Shown: piece after piece, positions 31,812-41,549 of the stretch
How the letters are laid out: each line of letters opens with the position of its first letter
Position numbering within the stretch: the first letter of the stretch is position 1
Assembly (NCBI GenBank): GCA_963748015.1
Contig: CAVVHE010000004.1
Location: 896,001 to 960,000, forward strand
Source: Terriglobia bacterium
GTDB taxonomy: Bacteria; Acidobacteriota; Polarisedimenticolia; Polarisedimenticolales; JAIQFR01
Length of the DNA: 64,000 nucleotides
Reading direction: 5' to 3'
Made by a program: the position numbers and the translations under genes
The notes under the pieces: model-generated
Databases searched by the model: none
Told to the model about the DNA's origin: nothing
What the model saw: only the letters and a program-made list of their open reading frames with translations

Positions 31812-32804
31812 ATGGCGGTACGGGAGCTCCTCACCGACGAGGCTGCGGAGGAGCTCGACCTGACCCTCCTGTCGGGAGCCGATGGCCTCGACAACGTGGT
31901 GAACCGCCCGCGCATCCAGAAACCCGGCCTGGCACTCGCCGGCTTCCTCGAGTACATCCACCCGGGCAGGATCCAGATCCTCGGAAAGTCCGAGATCAAC
32001 TTCCTCCTGGAACGTCCCGGCGCGGAGCGCTCGAGGATCGTGTCCCAGCTCTGCCGGCAAGGGGTCAGCTGCTTCGTGCTCACGACCGGGCTCGTGCCGC
32101 CTCCCGAGGTCCTCGAGGAGACCGAGCGTAACAGGGTCCCCCTCCTTCGCACCCCCCTGACGTCCTCGACCGTGATCGACCGGATCACCCGTTACCTCGA
32201 GGACCGATTGGCACCCCGCGCCGTGATCCACGGCGTGCTCCTCGACGTTTACGGCCTCGGCGTGCTCCTCCTGGGAGACAGCGGGGTCGGGAAGAGCGAG
32301 AGCGCGCTCGACCTCGTCGTCCGCGGGCACCGGCTGGTGTCCGACGACGTGGTGGAGATCCGGCGCCGCGGGGAGATCCTCATCGGCACCGGTCCGGAGC
32401 TGACCCGCTACCACATGGAGCTTCGCGGCGTCGGGATCATCAACGTCAAGGATCTCTTCGGCGTCGCCTCGGTCCGCCTCTCGAAGTTCGTCGAGCTCGT
32501 GATCCAGCTCGACGTCTGGAAGCCGGGGAAGAAGTACGAGCGCCTCGGGCTCGACGAGAAGGGTTACGAGATCCTGGGGGTCTCGCTGGCGTACGTCGAG
32601 ATGCCGGTCGGGCCGGGGCGGAACCTCTCGGTGCTGATCGAGGTCGCGGCCCGCAACCACCTGCTCAAGCTGAAGGGCTACCATCCCGCACGGCAGCTCG
32701 CGAGGCGCCTCGGCGAGAGGCTGCAGTCCGCGCCCGAGCAGGGCGACCCGGAAGAGGAGAGGGGCTCCGATCCCGGCCGCGAGCCCGGGGACGGGGAGGC
32801 CTGA
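31812..32804 (+). CDS. hprK: HPr kinase/phosphorylase
   Basis: KPGLALAG, HGVLLDVYGLGVLLLGDSGVGKSE, GHRLVSDD, MELRGVGII. Confidence 0.97.
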   Translation: MAVRELLTDEAAEELDLTLLSGADGLDNVVNRPRIQKPGLALAGFLEYIHPGRIQILGKSEINFLLERPGAERSRIVSQLCRQGVSCFVLTTGLVPPPEVLEETERNRVPLLRTPLTSSTVIDRITRYLEDRLAPRAVIHGVLLDVYGLGVLLLGDSGVGKSESALDLVVRGHRLVSDDVVEIRRRGEILIGTGPELTRYHMELRGVGIINVKDLFGVASVRLSKFVELVIQLDVWKPGKKYERLGLDEKGYEILGVSLAYVEMPVGPGRNLSVLIEVAARNHLLKLKGYHPARQLARRLGERLQSAPEQGDPEEERGSDPGREPGDGEA

Positions 32805-32806
32805 GC

Positions 32807-33670
32807 ATGGAGCGGTTCCTGGCCATCACGGGCCTATCGGGCTCGGGCAAGACCCTCGCCATGAGGGCGCTCGAGGACCTCGATTTCTACTGCGTGGACA
32901 ACCTCCCGGTCGCGCTGATCCCTCCGTTCTACGATCTGATCAAGAGGAGCGGCGGTTCGATCCGGCGGGCGGCGATCGTCATCGACGTCCGCGAGCGGGT
33001 GTTTCTCGACCAGTTCCCGGAAATGATGGAGCGCCTGCGCTCGAGCGGCGCGCCGGTGATGCTGATCTTCCTCGAGTGCTCCGACGACGTGCTCAAGCGA
33101 AGGTTCAGCGAGAGCCGGCGGCCGCACCCGATGATGGGAACAGCCGGGACCCTCGAGGAGGCGATCGGGCGGGAGCGCGCCGCCCTTCAGCCTCTCCGGG
33201 ACATCGCCGACCGGATCATCGACACGTCTCAATTCACCGCGCACGAGATACGGACGTTCTTGAAGAACGCGTTCCAGGCCCACTCGGCCGGCCGCGGCCT
33301 CAACGTGCACGTGGTTTCGTTCGGCTTCAAGTACGGCGTTCCGGCCGCCGCGGATCTGGTGTTCGACGTCCGGTTCCTCCCCAACCCGTTCTTCGTGGAG
33401 GGGCTGCGGCCGCTTCCCGGAACCTCGCCGGAGGTGAGGGCGTTCCTCGATTCCAGGGAGGAGACCCGCGCGTTCATGAAGCGGCTCGAGGAGTTCATGC
33501 AGTTCCTCCTGCCGTTCTACGCGGCGGAGGGGAAGAGCTACCTCACCGTCAGCCTCGGCTGCACCGGCGGGAAGCACCGGTCCGTGGCCCTTGCCGAGGA
33601 GCTCGGCGAGCGCCTCGGCCGGCACGGCGTTCCGGTCTCGGTCTCGCACCGGGACCTCGGGCGCGAGTAA
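32807..33670 (+). CDS. rapZ: RNase adapter RapZ
   Basis: ITGLSGSGKT, CVDNLP, SFGFKYG, DVRFLPNP, GCTGGKHRSV. Confidence 0.97.
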   Translation: MERFLAITGLSGSGKTLAMRALEDLDFYCVDNLPVALIPPFYDLIKRSGGSIRRAAIVIDVRERVFLDQFPEMMERLRSSGAPVMLIFLECSDDVLKRRFSESRRPHPMMGTAGTLEEAIGRERAALQPLRDIADRIIDTSQFTAHEIRTFLKNAFQAHSAGRGLNVHVVSFGFKYGVPAAADLVFDVRFLPNPFFVEGLRPLPGTSPEVRAFLDSREETRAFMKRLEEFMQFLLPFYAAEGKSYLTVSLGCTGGKHRSVALAEELGERLGRHGVPVSVSHRDLGRE

Positions 33671-33787
33671 CAAAGTAAGATAGGTCGGGACGAGCCCTGC
33701 CCGGCCGTTGTGGACGGAGCGGGGCATGCGGAGCGGCTGCCGCCGCGCGGCGGTGGCCGGGCCGGGGGCGAGGGAGGAAGCCGGGGC

Positions 33788-34216
33788 ATGCCGGGACTTC
33801 TGGTGGTCACCCACGGGAAGGTCGCGGAGGAGCTGGTCAAGGCGGCCAAGACGATCGTCGGACCGCTCGACGCCCTCGAGGCGGTGTCGATCGGATGGGA
33901 CGACGACGTGGCCGAAGCCCGGGAGCGGATCCAGGAGGCGGTCAAGCGGGTCGGCCGAGGCTCGGGCGCCCTGATCCTGACCGACATGTTCGGCGGAACG
34001 CCGACGAACATCGCCCTCTCGCTTCTCGAACCGGGCAAGGTGGAGGTGATCACCGGGGTCAACCTCCCGATGCTGATCAAGTTCACGAACCTCCGGGACG
34101 AGATCTCCTTCCCGGAGATCGCGCGCCGGATCGCGGAGCAGGGGCGGCGCGCCATCCACGTCGCGTCCGAGTTACTGGAGGGGCAGGCCGAGCGCGCCCC
34201 GGGAGATGACGCGTGA
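33788..34216 (+). CDS. PTS IIA component, mannose/fructose family
   Basis: VVTHG, LTDMFGGTPTN, GVNLPML. Confidence 0.93.
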   Translation: MPGLLVVTHGKVAEELVKAAKTIVGPLDALEAVSIGWDDDVAEARERIQEAVKRVGRGSGALILTDMFGGTPTNIALSLLEPGKVEVITGVNLPMLIKFTNLRDEISFPEIARRIAEQGRRAIHVASELLEGQAERAPGDDA

Positions 34217-34482
34217 CCGAGAACGAAGTTCAGGTGCAGAACCGTCTGGGCCTCCACGCGCGGGCGGCGGCGCGCTTCGTCCATCTGGCCAACCGGTTCT
34301 CTTCGCGGATCACCGTGGTCAAGGACGGGACGCGGGTGGACGGCAAGAGCATCCTCGGCCTGCTGACCCTCGCCGCGGCGAAGGGCACGCGGCTGCGCCT
34401 CGCCGCGGACGGCGAGGACGAGCGGGAAGCGGTCGACAATCTCGTCGACCTCGTTCGCAACCGCTTCGGCGAGGAAGACTGA
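34213..34482 (+). CDS. ptsH: Phosphocarrier protein HPr
   Basis: NRLGLHARAAA (His15) and DGKSILGLL (Ser46). Confidence 0.96.
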   Translation: MTENEVQVQNRLGLHARAAARFVHLANRFSSRITVVKDGTRVDGKSILGLLTLAAAKGTRLRLAADGEDEREAVDNLVDLVRNRFGEED

Positions 34483-36168
34483 ATGGGCCGCCGGTTCACC
34501 GGCATCGGGGTCTCCTCGGGGACGGCCGTCGGCCGCGCGATGGTGATCGCCCCGGACTCCTCGCCGGTGGTTCCGGTTCCGGTGCCCCCGGACCAGGTGG
34601 ACGAGGAGGTCGCTCGCTTCCAGAGCGCGCGCGAGCGCGCCCGCCGCGAGCTTCGAGAGCTCAAGGTGCGCATGCTCCGCGTCCTCGGCGAGGCCTACGC
34701 CGGTATCCTCGAGGCGCAGCTGCTGATCCTCGACGACGCCAGCCTGGTCGGAGAGACCGTCGAGAAGATCCGGGCAGAGCGGGTCTCCGCGTCCTGGGCG
34801 CTCAAGGAAGTCGTCCACGCGTTCATGCGGCGGTTCGACTCGATCGACGACGGGTATCTTCGCGAGCGCGGCGGCGACCTCGCGGACGTGCACCGGCGCC
34901 TCCAGCGGCTCCTCCGGGGGAACGAGGGGAGCGCGGCCGCCGTCCCCGAAGGACCGATCGTGGTGGTCGCGCACAGCCTCGGACCCTCGGACACGATGGT
35001 GCTCGCGAGGCAGGGAATCGTGGGTCTCGCGACCGACATGGGCGGTCGCACCTCCCACACCGCGATTCTCGCGCAGGCGCTCTCGCTGCCGGCGGTCGTG
35101 GGACTCCACGACCTGAGCCTCAACGTCCGTCCGGGCGATCTGGTGGCGATCGACGGCGAGGCGGGCACGGTGGACCTCGCTCCGCGCGAGGACGAGGTGG
35201 ATCGCGTGAGGGCCCGCGGCGAGGCATGGAAGGCCCGCGAAGCCGCCATGTTCGCCGACCGCGATCTCCCGGCAGTCACGAAGGACGGCGTCGAGATCAC
35301 GCTCCGCGCGAACGTCGAGTTTCCCCAGGAGGTGGCCGCGGCCGTCCGGTACGGCGCGCGAGGAATCGGCCTCTACCGATCGGAGTTCCTCTTCCTGAGC
35401 CACGCCCCCGAGTTCCCCAGCGAGGAGGAGCACTTCCGAACGTACCTCGAGCTCGCCGAGAAGGTCGCCCCGCATCCCGCGGTCATCCGCACGCTCGACC
35501 TCGGCGGGGAGAAGTACTTCCACGAGGTGCTCGACCGGCAGGAGACCAACCCGGTGCTGGGACTGCGCGCGGTGAGGTTCTGCCTGACCCGGCCGGACAT
35601 CTTCCGCCCCCAGCTCCGCGGGCTGCTCCGCGCGGCGACCCGCGCGGACGTCCGCATCATGGTCCCGCTCGTGACCACGGTCGCCGAGGTCCGGCAGGTG
35701 AAGAAGATCCTGGTCGAGGAAGCCGCGCTCCTCACCGCCAAGGGGATCGACTGCCGCCCCGACGTCCCGGTCGGGATCATGGTCGAGGTCCCGGCTGCGG
35801 CGGCGACCGCCGACCTGCTCGCGAAGGAGGCCGCGTTCTTCAGCCTCGGGACCAACGACCTGATCCAGTACGCGCTCGCGGTGGATCGCGGGAACGAGTC
35901 GGTGGCCTACCTCTACCAGCCGCTCCACCCGGCCGTCCTTCGCATGCTCCGCTTCGTGGTGCAGGCGGGACGGGCCGGCGGTCTCGCGGTGTCCATCTGC
36001 GGCGAGATGGCGGCGGATCTCTCGCTGACCGAGATGCTCGTCGGCCTCGGCTTCCGCGAGCTCTCCGTGCAGCCGCGCGCGATCGCCGCGATCCGCGAGA
36101 CCATCCGGCGGCTCGACGCCGGGCGGGCCGAAGGCGTCGCGGCGGCGGCCCTCGACGAGGGCGCGTAA
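34483..36168 (+). CDS. ptsI: PTS enzyme I
   Basis: GGRTSHTAILA, GLYRSEFL, RTLDLGGEK, SLGTNDLIQY, CGEMA. Confidence 0.96.
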   Translation: MGRRFTGIGVSSGTAVGRAMVIAPDSSPVVPVPVPPDQVDEEVARFQSARERARRELRELKVRMLRVLGEAYAGILEAQLLILDDASLVGETVEKIRAERVSASWALKEVVHAFMRRFDSIDDGYLRERGGDLADVHRRLQRLLRGNEGSAAAVPEGPIVVVAHSLGPSDTMVLARQGIVGLATDMGGRTSHTAILAQALSLPAVVGLHDLSLNVRPGDLVAIDGEAGTVDLAPREDEVDRVRARGEAWKAREAAMFADRDLPAVTKDGVEITLRANVEFPQEVAAAVRYGARGIGLYRSEFLFLSHAPEFPSEEEHFRTYLELAEKVAPHPAVIRTLDLGGEKYFHEVLDRQETNPVLGLRAVRFCLTRPDIFRPQLRGLLRAATRADVRIMVPLVTTVAEVRQVKKILVEEAALLTAKGIDCRPDVPVGIMVEVPAAAATADLLAKEAAFFSLGTNDLIQYALAVDRGNESVAYLYQPLHPAVLRMLRFVVQAGRAGGLAVSICGEMAADLSLTEMLVGLGFRELSVQPRAIAAIRETIRRLDAGRAEGVAAAALDEGA

Positions 36169-36246
36169 CGGGGGAACGACCGGGAGACCGGTCTGTACGA
36201 CGGGCTTCCTTCCTAGGCCGCCGAGGCGAGCCAGGAGGTTACGACG

Positions 36247-36621
36247 ATGGGTCCGGAGCGGGTGGAAAAGCCGTGGGGATACGAATTGCGGTTCGCCAGG
36301 ACCCCGCGCTACGCCGGGAAGGTGCTGTTCGTCCGGGCGGGGCGGCAGCTCAGTCTCCAGCTCCACCGGCGGAAGGACGAGGCGTTCCTCGTGCACGAGG
36401 GGACGCTCGAGCTCGTGCTGGGGCAGGGGAGCGAGCAGCGGGTGGTGCGCATGGGGACCGGCGAGGCGGCCCACATCGAGCCGGGAACCGTCCATCGCTT
36501 CCGTGCCGTGACGGACTGCCTCCTCTTCGAGGTATCGACTCCGGAGCTTGAGGACGTGGTGAGGATCGAGGACGACTTCGGGCGCGCGGGCACGGGGGAC
36601 CATCCCGCGGACCGGACTTGA
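36247..36621 (+). CDS. Cupin-domain protein (mannose-6-phosphate isomerase-like)
   Basis: [40 protein letters not shown]. Confidence 0.85.
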   Translation: MGPERVEKPWGYELRFARTPRYAGKVLFVRAGRQLSLQLHRRKDEAFLVHEGTLELVLGQGSEQRVVRMGTGEAAHIEPGTVHRFRAVTDCLLFEVSTPELEDVVRIEDDFGRAGTGDHPADRT

Positions 36622-36632
36622 GGGAGGCCGCC

Positions 36633-37313
36633 GTGGCGGAGATCCCGGACAAGCCGTTCTACAAGATCGGAGAGGTCTGTCAGTACACCGACACCCAGCC
36701 CTACGTTCTTCGGTTCTGGGAAAGCGAGTTCCCGCGTCTCGCACCCCAGAAGAGCCGGAGCGGGCAGCGCATGTACACCCGGCGCGACATCGATCTCGTC
36801 CTGAGGATCAAGGAGCTCCTGTACGAGGAGGAGTTCACGATCGCCGGCGCGCGCAAGAAGATGGAGCAGGAGGAGTCTGGGGAGAGCGGCGACGCCCCGG
36901 CGCCGGAGAGGGAACGGCCCGCCCCCGAGGCGGCGCCGCCGGAGCAGGCTCCCGCGCCGGAGGGGTCATCGCCCGAAGAGCACGCGGCGCCCCTCCTTTT
37001 CGAGGAAGCCCTGCCGCCTTCCGCCGTCGAGCCGCCCCCCCAGCCTGCCGCTCCGTCCCCCGCGGAACGAGCGCGAGCCGTGATCGCCGAGACGGAGATC
37101 GGAGCGCTGCGGAAGCGGATCGCCGATCTCGAGTCCCGCCAGGCCGCGCTGGCCGCGGCTCTCGAGGCGGCGGAGCAGGCGCGCCGCGGCGAGCGCGAGC
37201 GCCGGGAGCGCGTCGCGGAGAGGCTGGAGACGCTCCTCCACTCGCTTGAAAGCTCCCCGACGGGAGAGCCCGGCGACCGCGACGACCTTGACGGCCGCGC
37301 GGGCATCTCCTAG
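36633..37313 (+). CDS. MerR-family HTH regulator with Pro-rich linker and coiled-coil tail
   Basis: [12 protein letters not shown]...[11 protein letters not shown]...GQRMY...[14 protein letters not shown]. Confidence 0.9.
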   Translation: MAEIPDKPFYKIGEVCQYTDTQPYVLRFWESEFPRLAPQKSRSGQRMYTRRDIDLVLRIKELLYEEEFTIAGARKKMEQEESGESGDAPAPERERPAPEAAPPEQAPAPEGSSPEEHAAPLLFEEALPPSAVEPPPQPAAPSPAERARAVIAETEIGALRKRIADLESRQAALAAALEAAEQARRGERERRERVAERLETLLHSLESSPTGEPGDRDDLDGRAGIS

Positions 37314-37424
37314 CATCGGAGCGCTTCTCCACCGGGACCGCCGAACGCCTTCGCGCCAAGCGGCTTTCCGGGACCCCTGGGGAAGTGGCGGCAAGGCCGC
37401 CGGTTGTCTTCGGCAGGGCCGGGT

Positions 37425-37501
37425 CGGGGCGTGGCGCAGCCTGGTAGCGCACTTGCTTGGGGTGCAAGTGGTCGCTGGTTCAAATCCAGTCGCCCCGACC
37501 A
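37425..37501 (+). tRNA. tRNA-Pro (GGG)
   Basis: CGGGGCG acceptor stem, anticodon arm CTTGC-TTGGGGT-GCAAG, GGTTCAAATCC T-arm, encoded CCA. Confidence 0.96.
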
Positions 37502-37535
37502 AATTCCCTCCCGGGCCGGTGGGGAGCGCGCATCG

Positions 37536-38306
37536 GTGAAACGCGACCTGAAGCGTCCCTGCCTTCTGCTCACCAACGACGACGGCTACGACGCCCCCGG
37601 GCTCGCGGCGCTCGTCGGCGCGGTCGCGTCCCTCGGCGAGATCGTCGTCGTGGCGCCGGACCGCGAGAGGAGCGGCGCCGGGCACGCTTTGACGCTCGGC
37701 CGGCCGCTCCGGGTCTGGCAGACGGCGCCGGGACGGTACCGGGTGGACGGCACCCCGACCGATTGCGTGCACCTCGGCGTCTTCAACCTCACCGGCGGCC
37801 GCGCTCCCGATCTCGTGATCTCGGGGATCAACCGCGGACTCAACGTCGGAGACGACGTGACCTATTCGGGGACCGTCGCGGGAGCGCTCGAGGGGACCCT
37901 GCTCAACGTTCCGTCCCTTGCCTTCTCGGCCGCGAGGGACGAGGACGGGCGGGCCGACTACGCGGTCGCCGCCGCGTTCGCGCGGAGCCTCGCGGGGCGC
38001 GTCCTCCGCGACGGCCTCCCCGCGGGGGTCTTCCTGAACGTGAACGTGCCGCCCGGGGTCCCCGCGGGCGTCCGGATCACTCGCCAGGGGATGCGGTCCT
38101 ATCGGGCCGCGGTGGTGGAGCGGCTGGACCCTTCGGGGCGTCCCTACTACTGGATCGCGGGCGCCGACACGACGCCGTCCGGCGAGGCCGACGCCGATCA
38201 CACGGCGATTCGCGATGGCTTCGTCTCGGTCACCCCGTTGCACTCGAACCTCACCCACGCGCCCTCTCTCCCGGCGCTCCACTCGTGGGAATTGACCCTT
38301 CCCTGA
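37536..38306 (+). CDS. surE: 5'/3'-nucleotidase SurE
   Basis: LLTNDDG, VVAPDRERSG, DGTPTDCV, SGINRG, YSGTVAGA. Confidence 0.97.
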   Translation: MKRDLKRPCLLLTNDDGYDAPGLAALVGAVASLGEIVVVAPDRERSGAGHALTLGRPLRVWQTAPGRYRVDGTPTDCVHLGVFNLTGGRAPDLVISGINRGLNVGDDVTYSGTVAGALEGTLLNVPSLAFSAARDEDGRADYAVAAAFARSLAGRVLRDGLPAGVFLNVNVPPGVPAGVRITRQGMRSYRAAVVERLDPSGRPYYWIAGADTTPSGEADADHTAIRDGFVSVTPLHSNLTHAPSLPALHSWELTLP

Positions 38307-38313
38307 GCGACCG

Positions 38314-38973
38314 ATGAACGACGCCACCGGACGGCAGCGCATGGTGCGTTCCCTCGAGGCGCGGGGAATCAAGGACGCGCGCGTTCTCTCGGCGATGCGC
38401 GCGATCCCGCGCGAGCGGTTCGTGGACGAGGCGCTCCGCGGCGAGGCCTACGGCGACGCCGCCCTGCCGATCGGCGAGCAGCAGACGATCTCCCAGCCCT
38501 GGATCGTGGCGAGGATGAGCGAGCTGCTCGAGCCGGACGGCACCGGCCGCGCCCTGGAAATCGGGACGGGGTCCGGATACCACGCCGCGGTGCTCTCCCG
38601 CCTCTTCGAGCAGGTGTACTCGGTGGAGCGCCTGCCGTCTCTTTCGAGGCGCGCCCTGGAGACCGTCCGGGCGATCGGCATCGAGAACGTCCACTTCAAG
38701 ATCTTCGACGGCACCTACGGCTGGAGCGAGTTCGCGCCCTATCGCTCGATCGTCGTGACGGCCGGGGCCCCGGACGTGCCGGAGCCCCTCGTGGAGCAGC
38801 TCGAGGACGGCGGACGCCTCGTGCTCCCGGTCGGGGGAAACGGCGGGGGAGAGGGGGCCGGAGAGGACCAGGTGCTGGTCCGGGTGGTACGCCGGGGCAC
38901 GGAGGTGGTCCGCGAGGAGCACGGGCGCTGCCGGTTCGTGCCGCTCGTCGGGAAATTCGGCTGGTCGAGGTGA
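38314..38973 (+). CDS. pcm: Protein-L-isoaspartate O-methyltransferase
   Basis: QTISQP, LEIGTGSGY, GGRLVLPVG, RFVPLVG. Confidence 0.97.
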   Translation: MNDATGRQRMVRSLEARGIKDARVLSAMRAIPRERFVDEALRGEAYGDAALPIGEQQTISQPWIVARMSELLEPDGTGRALEIGTGSGYHAAVLSRLFEQVYSVERLPSLSRRALETVRAIGIENVHFKIFDGTYGWSEFAPYRSIVVTAGAPDVPEPLVEQLEDGGRLVLPVGGNGGGEGAGEDQVLVRVVRRGTEVVREEHGRCRFVPLVGKFGWSR

Positions 38974-39032
38974 TCGGAGCCCGCCATTGCGCCGGCGGGG
39001 CCCGCCTGATAACATTCGCCGGACTTCGAGGT

Positions 39033-39109
39033 CGGGGCGTAGCGCAGTCTGGTAGCGCACCTGGTTCGGGACCAGGGGGTCCCGCGTTCAAATCGCGGCG
39101 CCCCGACCA
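39033..39109 (+). tRNA. tRNA-Pro (CGG)
   Basis: Cloverleaf with CCTGG-TTCGGGA-CCAGG anticodon arm, GTTCAAAT T-loop, encoded CCA. Confidence 0.96.
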
Positions 39110-39171
39110 ACTCACTCCTCTCGTGCCGAAGAGGTCACCGCACGGAAGGCGCGGGTGAATCGAGGAAGTCC

Positions 39172-39468
39172 ATGAGTCGGACCGGGGGGGCGATCCCGCG
39201 GTCGGTCCGGGTGCGGATCGGCGGACGCGTTCAGGGAGTGGGATACCGATACTTCGCGGTCCGGGCGGCCGACGCGTGCGGGGTGACCGGGTTCGTTCGA
39301 AACCTCGATGACGGGTCCGTCGAGGTGAAGGCCAGGGGCGATCGGGAGGCCGTGGAGTCGTTCCTGGACACGCTCCGAATCGGCCCGAGAACGTGCCGGG
39401 TCCTGGAGTTCGACGTCTCGGAGTTCGAGGACCCGGAAGTATTTCGCGGTTTCGGGGTCCGGTACTGA
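39172..39468 (+). CDS. acyP: Acylphosphatase
   Basis: GRVQGVGYR, GFVRNLDDGSVEV. Confidence 0.95.
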   Translation: MSRTGGAIPRSVRVRIGGRVQGVGYRYFAVRAADACGVTGFVRNLDDGSVEVKARGDREAVESFLDTLRIGPRTCRVLEFDVSEFEDPEVFRGFGVRY

Positions 39469-39495
39469 CTCGGGACCCGGCGGCGGGGAGATTCG

Positions 39496-40020
39496 ATGCT
39501 GGTCGGCGACCTCAAGAAGGTCATTCGCGAGATCCCCGATTTCCCGAAGCCCGGGATCACGTTCTACGACCTCACGACGCTTTTCCGGAGCGCGACGGCC
39601 TTCCGGATAGCGACCGACAAGATGATCGAGCGCTACCGCGGCGAGAAGATCGACGCCATCGTCGGCATCGAGGCGAGGGGGTTCGTGGTCGCATCGGCGA
39701 TGGCGCGCGAGCTCGAGGCGGGTCTCGTCCTGGTGAGAAAGCCGGCGAAGCTCCCCGCGGAGGTCGAGTCCGAGGAGTACTCTCTCGAGTACGGCACCGG
39801 CCGGATCGAGGTCCACCGCGACGCGATCTCCGCGGGACAGCGCGTGCTGGTGGTGGACGACGTGCTCGCGACGGGCGGAACGGCCGCGGCGGCGGGCCGC
39901 CTCGTCGAGCGCCTCGGCGGGGTCGTGGAAGGGTTCGCTTTCATGGTGGAATTGGGTTTCCTGGAGGGGAGGAGGCTGCTCGGAGCCACCCCGGTTTTCA
40001 GCCTGATCCATTACGGTTAG
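39496..40020 (+). CDS. apt: Adenine phosphoribosyltransferase
   Basis: IPDFPKPGI, GIEARGF, YSLEYG, VDDVLATGGT. Confidence 0.97.
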   Translation: MLVGDLKKVIREIPDFPKPGITFYDLTTLFRSATAFRIATDKMIERYRGEKIDAIVGIEARGFVVASAMARELEAGLVLVRKPAKLPAEVESEEYSLEYGTGRIEVHRDAISAGQRVLVVDDVLATGGTAAAAGRLVERLGGVVEGFAFMVELGFLEGRRLLGATPVFSLIHYG

Positions 40021-40051
40021 TGCGGCGCGGGGGCGCGCCGGTGAGTCACGA

Positions 40052-40129
40052 GGGCCTGTAGCTCAGTTTGGATAGAGCAGGAGTTTCCTAAACTCAAGGT
40101 CGGGGGTTCAAGTCCCTCCAGGCCCACCA
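40052..40129 (+). tRNA. tRNA-Arg (CCT)
   Basis: GGGCCTG acceptor stem, anticodon loop TTCCTAA, GGTTCAAGTCC T-arm, encoded CCA. Confidence 0.95.
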
Positions 40130-40238
40130 TCCAAGCCAGGCGCGGCCGGGCATTCGGCACGCCGAGCCGAAGATGGGGTTTCCGGCGCGGGCCGCCGGGC
40201 GCCGGGCCGGACGAGGCGGTTGCGCCAGGAGCGATGGA

Positions 40239-40931
40239 ATGGCTGGCAGGATCTCGCGAAAGAGCATCAAGCACGACGAGTTCATCGAGGGCACGGTCGA
40301 GGCCGGCGTCTGGATCGAGAAACACTGGCGCACGGTGGCCGCGGGAGTGGGCGCGGCGCTGGCGCTCGTCCTGATCGTCGCGCTGTGGAGTTGGTGGAGC
40401 AGAGGGCGCGCGGAGGAGGTCGGTAAGCTCCTCGCCGAGGGAAGATACCTTTACTCGGGCCAGCAGACGCCGGCCGGCGCGGAGGGAGGCCGCTACTCGG
40501 AGGCGCTACCGCTCTTCGAGAAAGCGGCCCGGCTCGGCAAGAACACGCCGCGGGGGCAGGTCGCCGCCTTCTACCAGGGCGCGAGCCTGCTTCGCCTGGG
40601 GCGGACCGCCGAGGCGGTGCCGGTCCTCGAGGCGGTCGCGGGATCGGGCGCGGACCGGTCGATCACCGACTCCGCCCGAGCGATGCTGGCCGAGGCGTAC
40701 GCCAAGGCAGGCGACACCGACAAGGCGGCAGCCGCCTACAGGAAGCTCTCCGAGCAAACCGGCGGAGCGTTCCCGCCGGACCTGGCGCTGTTCCAGCTGG
40801 CCAAGGTGTACGAGGACCGCGGCCGGACCCAGGAGGCTCGTGGGGTCCTCCAGGAGATCCTGACGAAGTACCCGCAGGGTGCGGCCGCCCCGGACGCTCG
40901 AGCGCGTCTCGAGGGCAAGAAGCCTTCGTAG
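40239..40931 (+). CDS. YfgM-like membrane-anchored TPR protein
   Basis: ISRKSIKHDEF N-terminus, single TM helix, TPR helices ending LTKYPQG. Confidence 0.8.
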   Translation: MAGRISRKSIKHDEFIEGTVEAGVWIEKHWRTVAAGVGAALALVLIVALWSWWSRGRAEEVGKLLAEGRYLYSGQQTPAGAEGGRYSEALPLFEKAARLGKNTPRGQVAAFYQGASLLRLGRTAEAVPVLEAVAGSGADRSITDSARAMLAEAYAKAGDTDKAAAAYRKLSEQTGGAFPPDLALFQLAKVYEDRGRTQEARGVLQEILTKYPQGAAAPDARARLEGKKPS

Positions 40932-40947
40932 CGCGACGGAAAGCTCC

Positions 40948-41370
40948 TCAGAACGGGACGTCGTCCTCGCCGTAGCCGCCGCCTCCCGGCTCGGCGACTT
41001 CCTCGATCGCGGCCGCCGCGGTCGTCCCCTGACGTTCCTCGGGACGCCCGAGCAGCTGGACTCGCTGGGCCCGGACCTCGGTGGTCTGCCGCTTGGCTCC
41101 CTCGCGGTCGGTCCACTCCTTGGTCTGGAGCGATCCCTCGATGTAGACCTGGCGTCCCTTGCGCAGGTACTGGGAGACGATCTCCGCCTGCTTGCCCCAG
41201 ACCACTATCCGGTGCCACTCGGTCCGTTCCTTCTTCTCGCCTGAAGGATCGGTCCACCGATCGGACGTCGCCATCGTGAAATGCGCCACCGGAGTCCCGC
41301 TCTGCGTGTAGCGGGTCTCGGGGTCGCGACCGAGGTTGCCGATCAGGATGACCTTGTTCACGCTGGCCAT
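40948..41370 (-). CDS. ssb: Single-stranded DNA-binding protein
   Basis: [26 protein letters not shown]-terminal DDVPF. Confidence 0.98.
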   Translation of the reverse strand: MASVNKVILIGNLGRDPETRYTQSGTPVAHFTMATSDRWTDPSGEKKERTEWHRIVVWGKQAEIVSQYLRKGRQVYIEGSLQTKEWTDREGAKRQTTEVRAQRVQLLGRPEERQGTTAAAAIEEVAEPGGGGYGEDDVPF

Positions 41371-41549
41371 GTCGCTCTCCTTGCCGGCCGCGATGCCGCG
41401 GCGCATGGGGTGAGGAGGCGGTCCGGAACCGTCGAGGCGCGCGCCGCTTGCGGCCTCGGCCCCGCGCCGGCGAACTCTACCACAGGCGACCTCGCCGTCA
41501 AGCCACCCTTGAGCGCCGCGGGCGCTTCTGCGACAATCGCGCGGCCGCG

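Noticed and set aside
33734..33759. GC hairpin between rapZ and PTS IIA as a GlmZ-like sRNA
   Set aside because: A single stem with no terminator or promoter support, expected by chance at this GC content.
37425..40129. tRNA genes as integration sites, or the two tRNA-Pro genes as attL/attR
   Set aside because: Both are complete tRNAs with different anticodons, the genes between them are housekeeping (surE, pcm), and no integrase is adjacent.
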